NCBI GenBank assembly: GCA_963767925.1
Contig: CAVYGB010000008.1
Coordinates: 864,001 to 928,000, forward strand
DNA length: 64,000 nt
Direction of reading: 5' to 3'
Source of the DNA: an uncultured delta proteobacterium
Lineage (GTDB): Bacteria; Myxococcota_A; Polyangia; Fen-1088
Below, piece after piece: positions 40,013 through 49,702 of the stretch. Numbering within the stretch: position 1 is the stretch's first letter; each line of letters starts with the position of its first letter. Both the position numbers and the translations under genes were made by a program. The notes under the pieces are model-generated. The model did not search any database. It was not told the origin of the DNA and saw nothing but the letters and a program-made list of their open reading frames with translations.

Positions 40013-41071
40013 ATGCGCTGGCGTTTGGCTGTTGCAGGTATTAGCGGCCTTCTGCTCCTGGAGGTCGCCGCGCTTTGGGATCACCACGTGAACGTGGGGC
40101 AGGCCCTCGCGCGGCTGGACCACCTGCAGAACCGGTCCGAGGCCTTCTCCGGAGCGTGCGGCCTGACCGGTCTCGGCGGTGAGCTTCGCTCGGTTGGGTC
40201 GTCCCCGCTGCTCGCGAGCTGGCAAGACGTGGCTGGCTGCGGGGCCAGCTCCGCCACAGGTGGCGGTGCCGGTATCAAGTGGATCGGGCGAAGCGTGACC
40301 GGCGGCCTGTTCGGCGTGCAGTGCCAGGCGACCTATAGTCCGCTTCTTGCCGATCCCGCCAAGAGTGAACACCACTTTGTGGTCAACACACTCATCTCGC
40401 GGGAGCTGGGCGACCGCTGGAGTTTTGGCGTGAACGTCCCCTACGTCTACAAGTACCTGCGCGACCCCTACCAGCTCGACATCGACCTCTCGAACGGAGG
40501 GCTGGGCGATACATCTCTCCAGGTCACCCGCGAGATGGGACCGATCGCGGCGAGCGCGCTAACCGCCACCGTCGGTCTTCCCACTGGAAAGTCGGACACC
40601 CGCTTCCGCAACACGCTCCTGCGGCAGCACCAGCAACTGGGCTTCGGGAGGTTGACGGGCTCCCTGGCCCTCGACCACACGCTGGAAAAGACCTGGGGGC
40701 TGGTCGCGCTGGGCGGTCTGGCCGCCTATCGCGGCGGGGAGAACGAGCTCGGCAACTACCGGACCGCGAGCGGCAGCAGCTACGCCTTCGCCGGTGTCTA
40801 CCTGGGACCGTTCGTTCCGAGTTTCGGCCTGGCGACCACCTTCTTCGGGGGCTACGACCGCGATCGCACCGAGGAAGAGAACAGCGCCCTCTTCGTCGTG
40901 GCGGCCAACGCCAGCATCGAATGGTCCACCGACTGGATCGCGGTCCTGGTGGGCGCCTCGCTTCCCTACCAGTACGACGCGGTTTTCAAGAACAGCGAAG
41001 GATTGCCGAAGAGCCCCTGGCGCTGGGGGCAGTGGGTTCTCGGATTTGGAGTGACGGTTGCACCCTTTTGA
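40013..41071 (+). CDS. Probable outer-membrane beta-barrel protein
   Basis: GLGD, VGLPTG, QLGFG, C-terminal Phe. Confidence 0.6.
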   Translation: MRWRLAVAGISGLLLLEVAALWDHHVNVGQALARLDHLQNRSEAFSGACGLTGLGGELRSVGSSPLLASWQDVAGCGASSATGGGAGIKWIGRSVTGGLFGVQCQATYSPLLADPAKSEHHFVVNTLISRELGDRWSFGVNVPYVYKYLRDPYQLDIDLSNGGLGDTSLQVTREMGPIAASALTATVGLPTGKSDTRFRNTLLRQHQQLGFGRLTGSLALDHTLEKTWGLVALGGLAAYRGGENELGNYRTASGSSYAFAGVYLGPFVPSFGLATTFFGGYDRDRTEEENSALFVVAANASIEWSTDWIAVLVGASLPYQYDAVFKNSEGLPKSPWRWGQWVLGFGVTVAPF

Positions 41072-41083
41072 TGGAGAACACCG

Positions 41084-42211
41084 ATGAGACGCAGCCACCA
41101 ACCGTCTATCCTGTTTGGTTTCCTGCTGGGCCTGGTCCCGGCCACGCTTTCGTGCGGCCTGGACGAGCATCCGCAGGGCGGCGGCGAGCCACCTCCGGGT
41201 GATCCGGACCCTGGCGCTCCCGGACCGACTACCGTTCCACCGCCTTCAATCACGCCGACGCCCGGCCCCGCTCAACCCACCCCGGGCCCTCCGCCTCCCA
41301 GCGGGTCGCCGACTGCGACCCCCATGCCGAGCACGCCCGCGCCTCCGACCCCCGGCCCTGGCATGAACCCGGATCCGCCACCCCGACCACCCGGGCCGGT
41401 GCCACCGACCGAGCCGGCGGTGCCGGGCGTCACGATCAACGGCGTCTTCGTCCCGAAGGACAGAGCGATCGCGGTCATCCACTGGGGCCACTCCAACATG
41501 TACGGACAGGCGCGCAGTCCCGCCGACTTGCGCCCGTTCTTCTTCGACAGCGTTCCCGACGTCTGGTCCTATCGGGGCGGCGGCCGCTATGTGCCCGCCA
41601 AGGAGAAGACCGCTCTCTCCCCCGACGGTGACAGCAATAGCAATGCAGGGCCGGGCATGGCCATCTTGCGCACGCTTGTCGCGGCGGCGCCTCCCGGCGC
41701 GGGCTACCACTTCATCTCGATCGGTCGGGGCCAAGGCAGCGCCACCACCGCCCAGTACCTGAAGGGCGGGCTCTACTACTCGACCTTCATGAACCTGGCG
41801 CTGCAACTGAAGGGCAAGGTCACCTTCGCCGGCATGTTCGTCATGATGGGGATCACCGATCGGCACATGCCGACGGGGGAGCAGGCCGGATTCGCCGACC
41901 GCATGAAGCGGATCGTGGACGACATCCGCGCCGACCTGGGGGAGCCCAACTTGCCCGTGCTGCACACCGACTACGAGGTGACCTCCACCGGATCGCTCTC
42001 CATTACCACGGATTTTGCCCGCCGGGTCCGTCCGCTCATGTTGTCCCTGCCCGAGCGGATTTCCAACCTGGCGATCATCCCCTGCGAGGAGATTCCGCTC
42101 GAGGACGACCACCACTTCACGCTCGAAGGCCACAAGTTGTGGGCCGAGAGAGGCGTGGAGATCATGCGCAACCGCGGCTGGTTCCCCTGGCTCCAGCCCC
42201 CTCGACCGTAG
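41084..42211 (+). CDS. Lipoprotein with Pro-rich linker and SASA/CE6-like acetylesterase domain
   Basis: TLSC lipobox, GHSNM.G, D..HF. Confidence 0.7.
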   Translation: MRRSHQPSILFGFLLGLVPATLSCGLDEHPQGGGEPPPGDPDPGAPGPTTVPPPSITPTPGPAQPTPGPPPPSGSPTATPMPSTPAPPTPGPGMNPDPPPRPPGPVPPTEPAVPGVTINGVFVPKDRAIAVIHWGHSNMYGQARSPADLRPFFFDSVPDVWSYRGGGRYVPAKEKTALSPDGDSNSNAGPGMAILRTLVAAAPPGAGYHFISIGRGQGSATTAQYLKGGLYYSTFMNLALQLKGKVTFAGMFVMMGITDRHMPTGEQAGFADRMKRIVDDIRADLGEPNLPVLHTDYEVTSTGSLSITTDFARRVRPLMLSLPERISNLAIIPCEEIPLEDDHHFTLEGHKLWAERGVEIMRNRGWFPWLQPPRP

Positions 42212-42326
42212 CGCATCGGCAACGCGGTTCAGCATCGAAGTGCACGCGGACCTGGCCGACCAGAGGCGAGGTCGAACTCTCCGTAATGTAGCCGCGATAA
42301 GGTCCAGCCCTCCAGGGAGGTCGAAG

Positions 42327-42839
42327 ATGAAACGAATTGTTACCTCGTTCCTCGCGATCAGTGTCGCGCTGCTTGCGCCCGGCTGGCAAACGAGGGCAGC
42401 GGACAAGAAGGTCCAGAGGGCGGACGTGCCCAAGGCCGTGCTCGACGCCGTGTTTAGGAAATATCGGGGCGCCAGGCTCACGGGGTTCGAGCAGGGCGGT
42501 GAAGGAGGCAAGGTTCGCTACGAGGTCTCCGTGGACACCGGGGCGCTCAAGATGGACATCGAGCTCTCGGGCGAGGGAGTGATCATCGTCGAGGAGACCA
42601 GGATGAGGCCTGGCGAGCTGCCGAAGCCGGTCAAGGCCGGCCTGGCCGCCTCTCGGTACAAGGACTGGAAGATCTCCAGCGCCGGGAGGCTCGTGAAGGA
42701 CGAGCGAGCCGATCTCCCGTTCTACGAGCTGCTCTTGCAGAGCAAGGCGGCGAACAAGAGCACGGAGATGGAGGTGGTGTTCGACCGGGATGGACAGAGC
42801 GCGGAGGAGACGGATAAGTTTTCGAAAGGCGAGGACTGA
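42327..42839 (+). CDS. Exported PepSY/BLIP-like protein
   Basis: Signal peptide, two (V/L)PK.V...Y...YE repeats. Confidence 0.65.
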   Translation: MKRIVTSFLAISVALLAPGWQTRAADKKVQRADVPKAVLDAVFRKYRGARLTGFEQGGEGGKVRYEVSVDTGALKMDIELSGEGVIIVEETRMRPGELPKPVKAGLAASRYKDWKISSAGRLVKDERADLPFYELLLQSKAANKSTEMEVVFDRDGQSAEETDKFSKGED

Positions 42840-42875
42840 GGGCCGGGTCCTCCCGTTCCGCCTCAAGGAGTACGT

Positions 42876-43730
42876 GTGATGATGACCAAGCACCTCCAAG
42901 ATCGCGCGGTTCCCGTCGAAGTAGGATGGCGGGTCCTGTTCGGTGTCCTGCTGGTCTCGAGCTGCACCGGGCCCGTGGTTCGCGGCCAGTCTGGCGAGTC
43001 TTCCGGCGGCCCGGGCGAGGTCCCTCGCGCCGACGCCGGTTTCACCCTGCCGTCCCCTCCCGCGGCGTCCGGGTCCGATCCGCCTTCGGGGGCGGCGGTC
43101 TGTGGCAGGTTGGTGGCCAGGGCCCGTGACTTTCAGAGCAGCCACCCCGATTTCGAGAAGGATGAGCTGCGCACGGGAGGCGTGCTCCGCGGCCTGGTCA
43201 ACGTCGATCTGGACTCCGACGGCAAGCCGGTCCACGCCACACCTGGCCCGACGCCCTCCACCACCGGCGCGGGGAACTTCGCTCAGTGGTACCGGGACAT
43301 CCCGGGGGTGAACCTCCGCTTCGAAGTTCCGCTCACCTTGATCGAGCAGCGCCCGGGGTCCTTCGTCTACGACAACCCGGCCTTCTTCCCGCTCGATGGC
43401 CGCGGCTGGCCGGGTGACGAGCGAGCCGGCCACAACTTCAGCTTCACGACCGAGATCAATACCACCTTCAAGTACCGGGGCGGCGAGCGCTTCACGTTCA
43501 CCGGTGACGACGACGTCTTCGTGTTCGTCAACCGCAAGCTGGCTGTGGACCTCGGGGGCGTACATGGCAAGCAGGCCGGTTCCGTGGATCTCGACCAGCA
43601 GCGTGCTGCCCTGGGAATCACGGTCGGTCAGAGCTACGCCCTCGACATCTTCCACGCGGAGAGGCACACCACCCAGTCCAACTTTCGCATCGAGACGTCG
43701 ATCGACTGCCTGGTCGTCTCGGTAGACTGA
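42876..43730 (+). CDS. Fibro-slime/PA14 domain lipoprotein
   Basis: HPDFE, FAQWYRD, HNFSFTTE, FTGDDDVFVF, DLGGVH, FHAERH. Confidence 0.9.
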   Translation: MMMTKHLQDRAVPVEVGWRVLFGVLLVSSCTGPVVRGQSGESSGGPGEVPRADAGFTLPSPPAASGSDPPSGAAVCGRLVARARDFQSSHPDFEKDELRTGGVLRGLVNVDLDSDGKPVHATPGPTPSTTGAGNFAQWYRDIPGVNLRFEVPLTLIEQRPGSFVYDNPAFFPLDGRGWPGDERAGHNFSFTTEINTTFKYRGGERFTFTGDDDVFVFVNRKLAVDLGGVHGKQAGSVDLDQQRAALGITVGQSYALDIFHAERHTTQSNFRIETSIDCLVVSVD

Positions 43731-44138
43731 GCCGTTCGATCGAGCTCGACGGCGATGGCCGGCCGTCATCGCGGTGCTCAGCAGGGCTAGGGTAAGTCCT
43801 CGCGGAGCCGCCTCCTGACGTGGCGATCCTGGCGTGGGACCTTCGTGAAAACGAGGAGGTACCCGTGGACGCAGAGACCGCAGAATTTCGAGCTGAGGTG
43901 CAAGGGACGGCGCGGGACGCGGAGCAAGGGCGCGGCACCCTACGCGGAGGAGATGATCGGTAACCGCTGCACGGCCGGCACATGATGTGCCGGTACATTT
44001 CGGGGGCGCGATCTGCCGGTGCCCTGTTGGGCTGCAGGGCCGGATCCGGAGTCGCGCCATCTATGGGGCCACCTTTTACCGGGTCAACGGGGCCAGCGAT
44101 CCGACGGCCTGGCTCTCTCGTCCGCCAGGGTTTCTCGG

Positions 44139-46400
44139 CTAGTTGAGGTGAGCCGCGTCCGGGTCGAGCGCCTTCCAGCCCACGGTCGCCTTGACGAAGG
44201 CGGCCCGCCCCGGCTTCTGCACGCCCAGCACGTCGTAGACGGCCTGGTTCGTCAGGTTCGAGACGTCGAGGGCCAGGTCGAGGGTGTAGGCCGCCCGGCG
44301 GAAGGAATACACCGCTCCCGCGGAGTGGGTGAGCTGGGCCGGCACGCGGCGGGCATCGCCGGGTGCGCTGGTCTCCTCCCAGCCCGGCAAGAAGCCGTGC
44401 ACGTAGCGCGAGATCCAGGAGACGGACAGCCCGCTGCCGTCCGCCCGCGCCGCCCCGAGGTGCAGCACCGCCGAGGCGTTCGCGAACAGCCAGGGCCGGT
44501 TGGGGACCCGCTGGCCGGAGAACGGCGCAAAAGGGCCGCTGCCCGAGTCGTTCCGCTGCTCCTGCCAGGTGGCGTTGGCTTGCAGGGCGACGCGCCCCTC
44601 GGGCGAGAGCCAGCGCAACATGCCGTCCGCCCCGAGGGTACGGACGTTGAAGACGTTCTGGTTGAGCGAATGGATCCGGTCCTGCGCCAGCAGGAGCACG
44701 ACCATGTCGCGCGTCCAGCGCAGGAAGGCCGTCGCCTCGGCGGCAAGCGTCCCGCCGCCCGGGCCCAGGCGCCGCTCGATCAGGCTGCCGAGGTTGGCGT
44801 TGTGGCTGCTTTCGGGCATGAGCAGCAGGTTGGGCAGCACGAGGGAGCCGTCGCCGAACACCTCGTCCGGACGGGGGAGCCGGGTGGCGTATTCGTACGA
44901 CAGCTTGGCGAACAGGCCGCGCACGAGTCGGGCCCGGAGCACGTCGCCGAAGCCCAGGCGATGGATCTGGTCCTCGATGTGGCGGATCGAGTTGTCGAAG
45001 GTCCGCACCTGATCGCTCGACGGCCGGTAGAGGTACAGCTTGGCGAAGGTGCCGTTCTCGAGGCGATCGGCGTCGTCTCGTAGCTCGAGCTCGGCGCCGC
45101 TCACGAGCTGGAAGATCTCGCGGCGGGTGGTCAGCGGATCGATGCGGGCGGGATTGACCCGCAGCCGCTCGGCCCCGGTCCGCCACACCAGATCGGGCGC
45201 CACCATGAGGCGGGCCACCCGTCCGGGCGCCGGCTGCCAGGTGAGACTGGCCCGTCCGAGCACCCGGTGCTCGCCCTGGGTCAGATCGCTGGCGAAGGCG
45301 CTGAGCTCGCCCGAGCCGGCCGCCCGCTCGAAGATCTGGTTGCCGGACCAGTCGTGGACCCAGCGCGAGACGTCCCGGAAGTGGAGCCAGCGGCGGCTGT
45401 AGCCGGCGTGGGCGGCCACCGTGAGGGAGCGGCTGGCCAGGCGCGGCTGCTCGTAGCGCAGCAACCCGCCCAGCGCGCGCTGGCCGTACTCCGCCCCCCC
45501 GTAGGGCACGGTCATGTCGATGTTGTGCTGCAGGTCCTTGGCGAAGTCGGTGGCATGCACGCGCAGCAGCAACCGCCGGGCCCACCAGCGATCGGCGAAT
45601 CCGGTCTCGAACATCCCGCCCGCCGCCCGGAAGCCGTCGTGGAACCGGCGCACGCGCGCGGGCCGGAGGCGCCCGACCTCGTCGGGGACCCGCACGTCCA
45701 CCTGGTAGTCGTTGCGGGCGGTGTCGTAGAAGGCTGCGCCGCGCGCCACCAGCCCGCTGCTGTGCGGGCGGGTGCGGGCGTCCAGGGAGATCTGATGGGT
45801 GCCGAAGGCCCCGCCCGCGTAGGAGGCGGTCGCGGCCGTGACCGGTCGCGGCTGCTCGGTGATGAGGTCGACCGCGCCGCCGAGGGCGTCGGAGCCCAGC
45901 CGCAGGGGCACCACTCCCCGGTAGATGTCGATGCGCTCGATCCAGCCGAGCGGCACGGTCGAGATGCCGAGGCCGAAGCCGGAGGCCTCGAGCGGGACCC
46001 CGTCGACGTAGGTGCGGATCTGATCGTCGGTCAGCCCGTGCAGGGACAGGCGGGTGCTCGAGCCGAGCCCGCCGGTCCGCTGGACCGCTACCCCTTCCGT
46101 GCGGCCGAGGATCTCGCCGGTGTCCGCGGTCTGCCGGCGGGCCTCCCGGACATCGACGACCTTCACCGCCTGGGCGGACTCGCGCAGCCGCTGCGCCGAC
46201 GACCGGCCGCGAACCATCACCTCGTTCACCCGCCCGACGGGCTCGAGGGGGAGGGTGGGGCCCTCTGTGCCGGGCCGGGGTGGCTGGCTCTCCGGTGCCC
46301 TGGGCGGCGAGGGCTTTGCCACCACCTCGGCCGGGGGCGTCTCCGGCGTCTCTGCCGGGCGTCTGGCCCCGGGCCAGCGGTGCTCCGCCTGCGACCAACG
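44139..46400 (-). CDS. TonB-dependent receptor; N-terminus possibly frameshifted
   Basis: GGLGS, YVDGVP, IERIDIYRG, DALGGAV, L.PE.S.N.N, NLTN..VYD..QKPGR. Confidence 0.85.
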   Translation of the reverse strand, partial: RWSQAEHRWPGARRPAETPETPPAEVVAKPSPPRAPESQPPRPGTEGPTLPLEPVGRVNEVMVRGRSSAQRLRESAQAVKVVDVREARRQTADTGEILGRTEGVAVQRTGGLGSSTRLSLHGLTDDQIRTYVDGVPLEASGFGLGISTVPLGWIERIDIYRGVVPLRLGSDALGGAVDLITEQPRPVTAATASYAGGAFGTHQISLDARTRPHSSGLVARGAAFYDTARNDYQVDVRVPDEVGRLRPARVRRFHDGFRAAGGMFETGFADRWWARRLLLRVHATDFAKDLQHNIDMTVPYGGAEYGQRALGGLLRYEQPRLASRSLTVAAHAGYSRRWLHFRDVSRWVHDWSGNQIFERAAGSGELSAFASDLTQGEHRVLGRASLTWQPAPGRVARLMVAPDLVWRTGAERLRVNPARIDPLTTRREIFQLVSGAELELRDDADRLENGTFAKLYLYRPSSDQVRTFDNSIRHIEDQIHRLGFGDVLRARLVRGLFAKLSYEYATRLPRPDEVFGDGSLVLPNLLLMPESSHNANLGSLIERRLGPGGGTLAAEATAFLRWTRDMVVLLLAQDRIHSLNQNVFNVRTLGADGMLRWLSPEGRVALQANATWQEQRNDSGSGPFAPFSGQRVPNRPWLFANASAVLHLGAARADGSGLSVSWISRYVHGFLPGWEETSAPGDARRVPAQLTHSAGAVYSFRRAAYTLDLALDVSNLTNQAVYDVLGVQKPGRAAFVKATVGWKALDPDAAHLN

Positions 46401-46573
46401 GCCAGGCCAGCCCGACCAGGATGGCGCGGGCCCGCGAGCGAGGCCGACGCCAGGCACGCCCGGCGGGAGGCGGGCCCTTCCTCGGGAGCGTACCTGCTGG
46501 TTTGTCTTTTCGGCAGAGCGCAGGTTGTCACTTTCGCCGCGATCGCCGGGCCCCATGGTCGTGATGCGGAGAT

Positions 46574-46592
46574 GATTATGACAATCAGTTTC
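46574..46592. promoter_or_regulatory. Fur box
   Basis: GATTATGACAATCAGTTTC, 15/19 match to GATAATGATAATCATTATC. Confidence 0.7.
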
Positions 46593-46808
46593 GGCCGTCA
46601 ACGGCCCGGGCTCCCTGGCCGCGACGAAGAGGTTCGCCGCCGTCGACTCGTCGCGGGAGGTAGAGGTCCTGCGCCACGAATTTCCGCCCGGCGCTCAGGT
46701 TTCCATCATGAGCAGGCTGCAAGGATGGTCAGGTCGGCAGAGCGCCGATGGAGGCGCCAGATCTGGCCCGCGCTGGACGGGCCGGTCTTTGCGCTAGATT
46801 CGACGCCG

Positions 46809-47495
46809 ATGCGCTTGCTTCTGGTGGAGGACTCGCGCCGGCTACAGCGCTGGCTGGGGGCCGGGCTGCGTCGGGCTGGCCACGCGGTGGACGTCGCCGG
46901 CGACGGGGAGGAAGGGCTGCAGCTCGCGCTCAGCAACAACTACGATGTGATGGTGCTCGATCTGATGCTGCCGGGGTTGGACGGCTACAAGCTGCTCGAG
47001 AGGTTACGCGCCGAAGGGGACGAGGAGAACGCGGCGCACGTGCTGATCTTGACCGCCCGGGACACGGTAGAGGACAAGCTGCGCGGCTTCGAGCTGGGGG
47101 CCGACGACTACCTGGTCAAGCCCTTCGACCTGCAGGAGCTGCTGGCCCGGATCCAGGCGCTGGTCCGCCGGCGGCACGGGCGCACCAGCCCGCGCGTCAC
47201 TCTGGGAGCGCTCACCATCGACACCGCCGCCCGTCGGGTGTTCCGGGAGGGGGTCCCTCTGGCGCTGACCGCCCGGGAGTACGTGCTGCTGGAGTTTCTG
47301 GCGTTGCGGCGCGGTCAGGTGGTGTCCCGAGGGGACATCGAGGCGTGTCTGTTCGACGGGCGCAGCGAGCCAACCAGCAACGCGGTGGACGCGGCCATCG
47401 CGGCCCTGCGCCGGCGCATCGACGTTGCAGGCGAGTCCTCCGCCATCCAGACCTACCGGGGCCAGGGGTATTTGCTGCGGGGATCGGGGGAATGA
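46809..47495 (+). CDS. OmpR-family response regulator
   Basis: Paralog of 37942-38619; ATGA coupling to the kinase. Confidence 0.93.
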   Translation: MRLLLVEDSRRLQRWLGAGLRRAGHAVDVAGDGEEGLQLALSNNYDVMVLDLMLPGLDGYKLLERLRAEGDEENAAHVLILTARDTVEDKLRGFELGADDYLVKPFDLQELLARIQALVRRRHGRTSPRVTLGALTIDTAARRVFREGVPLALTAREYVLLEFLALRRGQVVSRGDIEACLFDGRSEPTSNAVDAAIAALRRRIDVAGESSAIQTYRGQGYLLRGSGE

Positions 47496-48916
47496 GATCG
47501 ATCCGGCGCACGCTGCAGGCGAGCCTGGCGGTTGCGCTGGGGCTTCTGCTCGCGATGGCAGGGATTGCGCTGTCGTTGCATCTGCGCAGCCTGTTCGTCG
47601 CCCAGTTCGACTCGGGACTGGAGGCGAGCGCCCGGCTGCTCGCGGCGCTGGTCCACCTGCACCAGGGCGGTCAAGTGGACACCGAGTTCGAGGAGGCCTG
47701 GCTCCCCGAATACGAGCCGGGCCCGGACGCCGAGTACTTCGACCTGCGGGGGCCCGATGGCGATCGCATCGAAGCTTCGGCGTCACTGAAGCGGTCGTCG
47801 ATCGGCGACCTGCCGCCGGGCGACGCCCGCTTGCGGTCCTGGAACCTGCGGCTGCCCGACGGGCGGCCGGGACGTGCCCTGGCGTTCTCCTTCCGGGCGC
47901 GCATCGACGAACATCAGGACGAACCGGGATCGCCGATCCGGCTGTCCGATATGGTGTTGACGCTGGTGGCGGCGCGGGGGCGCGCCTCCCTGGACGCCGG
48001 CTTGCGCGGGGTGACGGCGGCGCTGGTGGCGCTGGGGGTCGCGCTGCTCATCGGGGTGCCGCTTGTCGTCGCGGCGGTGGTCCGACGCGGGTTGCGCCCG
48101 CTGGACGGCCTCGCCGATCGCATGAAGGACGTCGACGCCCGGCGGCTGGAGCTGGGCATCGCGGTGGAGACCATGCCCCACGAGCTGCGCCCGATCGTCG
48201 GGCGGCTGCAGGACCTGCTGGCCCGCCTGCAGGCCAGCTTCGAGCGCGAGCGGAGGTTCTCGGCGGACGTCGCCCACGAGCTTCGCACGCCCCTGGCGGA
48301 GATGCGCACCATCGCCGAGGTTAGCCTGGCCGAGGTCGATGGCGGCACTGAGGCGGGAGCCGCGCTGAGGGACCTGCGGGCGGCCACCTTGCAGATGGAG
48401 CGCATCGTTGTCACGCTGCTGGCCCTGGCCCGCTGTGAACAGGGGCGGCAACTGGTACAGCCCCGCGAGGTCGAGCTGGGGCAGGCGCTGAACGAGGCCT
48501 GGGCGCCGCTGGAAGACCCGGCGCGCGGAAAGAGGCTGCATCTGCGGCTGGACATGGCTGGGCCCCAGGGGGTGCGCACCGATCCCGCTCTGCTGGCGTC
48601 GATCTTCGGCAACCTGCTGTCGAACGCGGTCGCCTATACGCCCGAAGGGGGAGACATCGTGGCCACCGCCGCCCGCGTCCCGGGTGGGGTCAGGCTCCAG
48701 CTCGTCAACACGCAGCGGGACCTGGAACTCGAGGATCTCGACCCGATGTTCGAGCCGTTCTGGCGCAAGGAGCAGGCCCGCAGCAGCGGCAGCCACACCG
48801 GGCTCGGGCTGGCGCTGGTCGGCGCCCTGGCCAGGCTCATGCGCATCGAGATCGAGGCGACCCTGCCGCGCCCGGACCGCTTCTGCGTCACGCTCACGAT
48901 TCCGAGCACCCTCTGA
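47492..48916 (+). CDS. Sensor histidine kinase (CusS/CzcS/QseC-like architecture)
   Basis: Two TMs, HAMP, AHELRTPL, NLLSNA, GLGL. Confidence 0.93.
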   Translation: MRSIRRTLQASLAVALGLLLAMAGIALSLHLRSLFVAQFDSGLEASARLLAALVHLHQGGQVDTEFEEAWLPEYEPGPDAEYFDLRGPDGDRIEASASLKRSSIGDLPPGDARLRSWNLRLPDGRPGRALAFSFRARIDEHQDEPGSPIRLSDMVLTLVAARGRASLDAGLRGVTAALVALGVALLIGVPLVVAAVVRRGLRPLDGLADRMKDVDARRLELGIAVETMPHELRPIVGRLQDLLARLQASFERERRFSADVAHELRTPLAEMRTIAEVSLAEVDGGTEAGAALRDLRAATLQMERIVVTLLALARCEQGRQLVQPREVELGQALNEAWAPLEDPARGKRLHLRLDMAGPQGVRTDPALLASIFGNLLSNAVAYTPEGGDIVATAARVPGGVRLQLVNTQRDLELEDLDPMFEPFWRKEQARSSGSHTGLGLALVGALARLMRIEIEATLPRPDRFCVTLTIPSTL

Positions 48917-48965
48917 CACCCTACCGGCGGGCCGCACGGGAGTCCGCTCGTGCGCGACGGGCGGG

Positions 48966-49670
48966 TCAGGGCAGGGGGAGCGGGTAGGTCTCTTCCGTAT
49001 CGAGCTGGACGTCGGCCTCGAACCAGCGGCCGAGGTAGGCGTCGAGGTGCTCGCGCGGGTCGGTCGCGAGGAGGTGGCCCCGGTAGGCGCCGCTCGCGTC
49101 CCGGAGGAGCTCCGTCAGGGTGGGGGCGTCACGGGCGCGCAGGCGGGCACGGCACACCGCCTGCGTCGGGTCGCGCGACGGGACGGCGAGGGGATCGGGC
49201 GTCTCGCCGGCGACGTCGCCCGAAGGGTCTGGTTCCCGGGTCCAGCCGCCGGCATCGAGGCAGCGAACGAAGGGCATCTCGGAGCTGGGCCGGCGGGCGA
49301 GCAGCGGCTCGAGGACGCGGCGGGCTGCCACCTCCTCCGCCCGGGGCGGGGGCTGCCTCGGCGGCGGCGGCGCGGGTGCGGTCTGCCCGCCCGTCGAGAA
49401 GATCGGTAGGCTCGGCGGCATGTCCTGGGGTGGTCCGACTGGCCGGCCCGCCGGGCGGCGCGTCTGGACGGCCGCCCCCCGGTACCTCGGCGCGGGCCGT
49501 GTTCTCTCCTCCGGATCGGCCGCGCGTCTCTCATCCGGCGCGACCGCCACGGGAGAGGAGGCGGGCTGACCGCCGTCACGCAAGCTGGTCACCGCCCAGG
49601 TGATCGCCATGGCCGCGCCCAGCACGCAGGTGGCCATGGCGATCTTGAGGGCCCGTTCTCCCAAATCCAC
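48966..49670 (-). CDS. Hypothetical membrane-anchored protein
   Basis: N-terminal TM, Pro-rich linker, follows the di-heme gene. Confidence 0.55.
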   Translation of the reverse strand: MDLGERALKIAMATCVLGAAMAITWAVTSLRDGGQPASSPVAVAPDERRAADPEERTRPAPRYRGAAVQTRRPAGRPVGPPQDMPPSLPIFSTGGQTAPAPPPPRQPPPRAEEVAARRVLEPLLARRPSSEMPFVRCLDAGGWTREPDPSGDVAGETPDPLAVPSRDPTQAVCRARLRARDAPTLTELLRDASGAYRGHLLATDPREHLDAYLGRWFEADVQLDTEETYPLPLP

Positions 49671-49702
49671 TCCTGTCGGTCAGCGCTCCGGCCGGGGCGG
49701 TC

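Noticed and set aside
41170..41420. Pro-rich repeat as a DNA repeat element
   Set aside because: Ordinary lipoprotein linker
43618..46398. 926-aa minus-strand ORF
   Set aside because: Arg/Pro/Gly-rich alternative frame of the TonB receptor; high-GC shadow ORF
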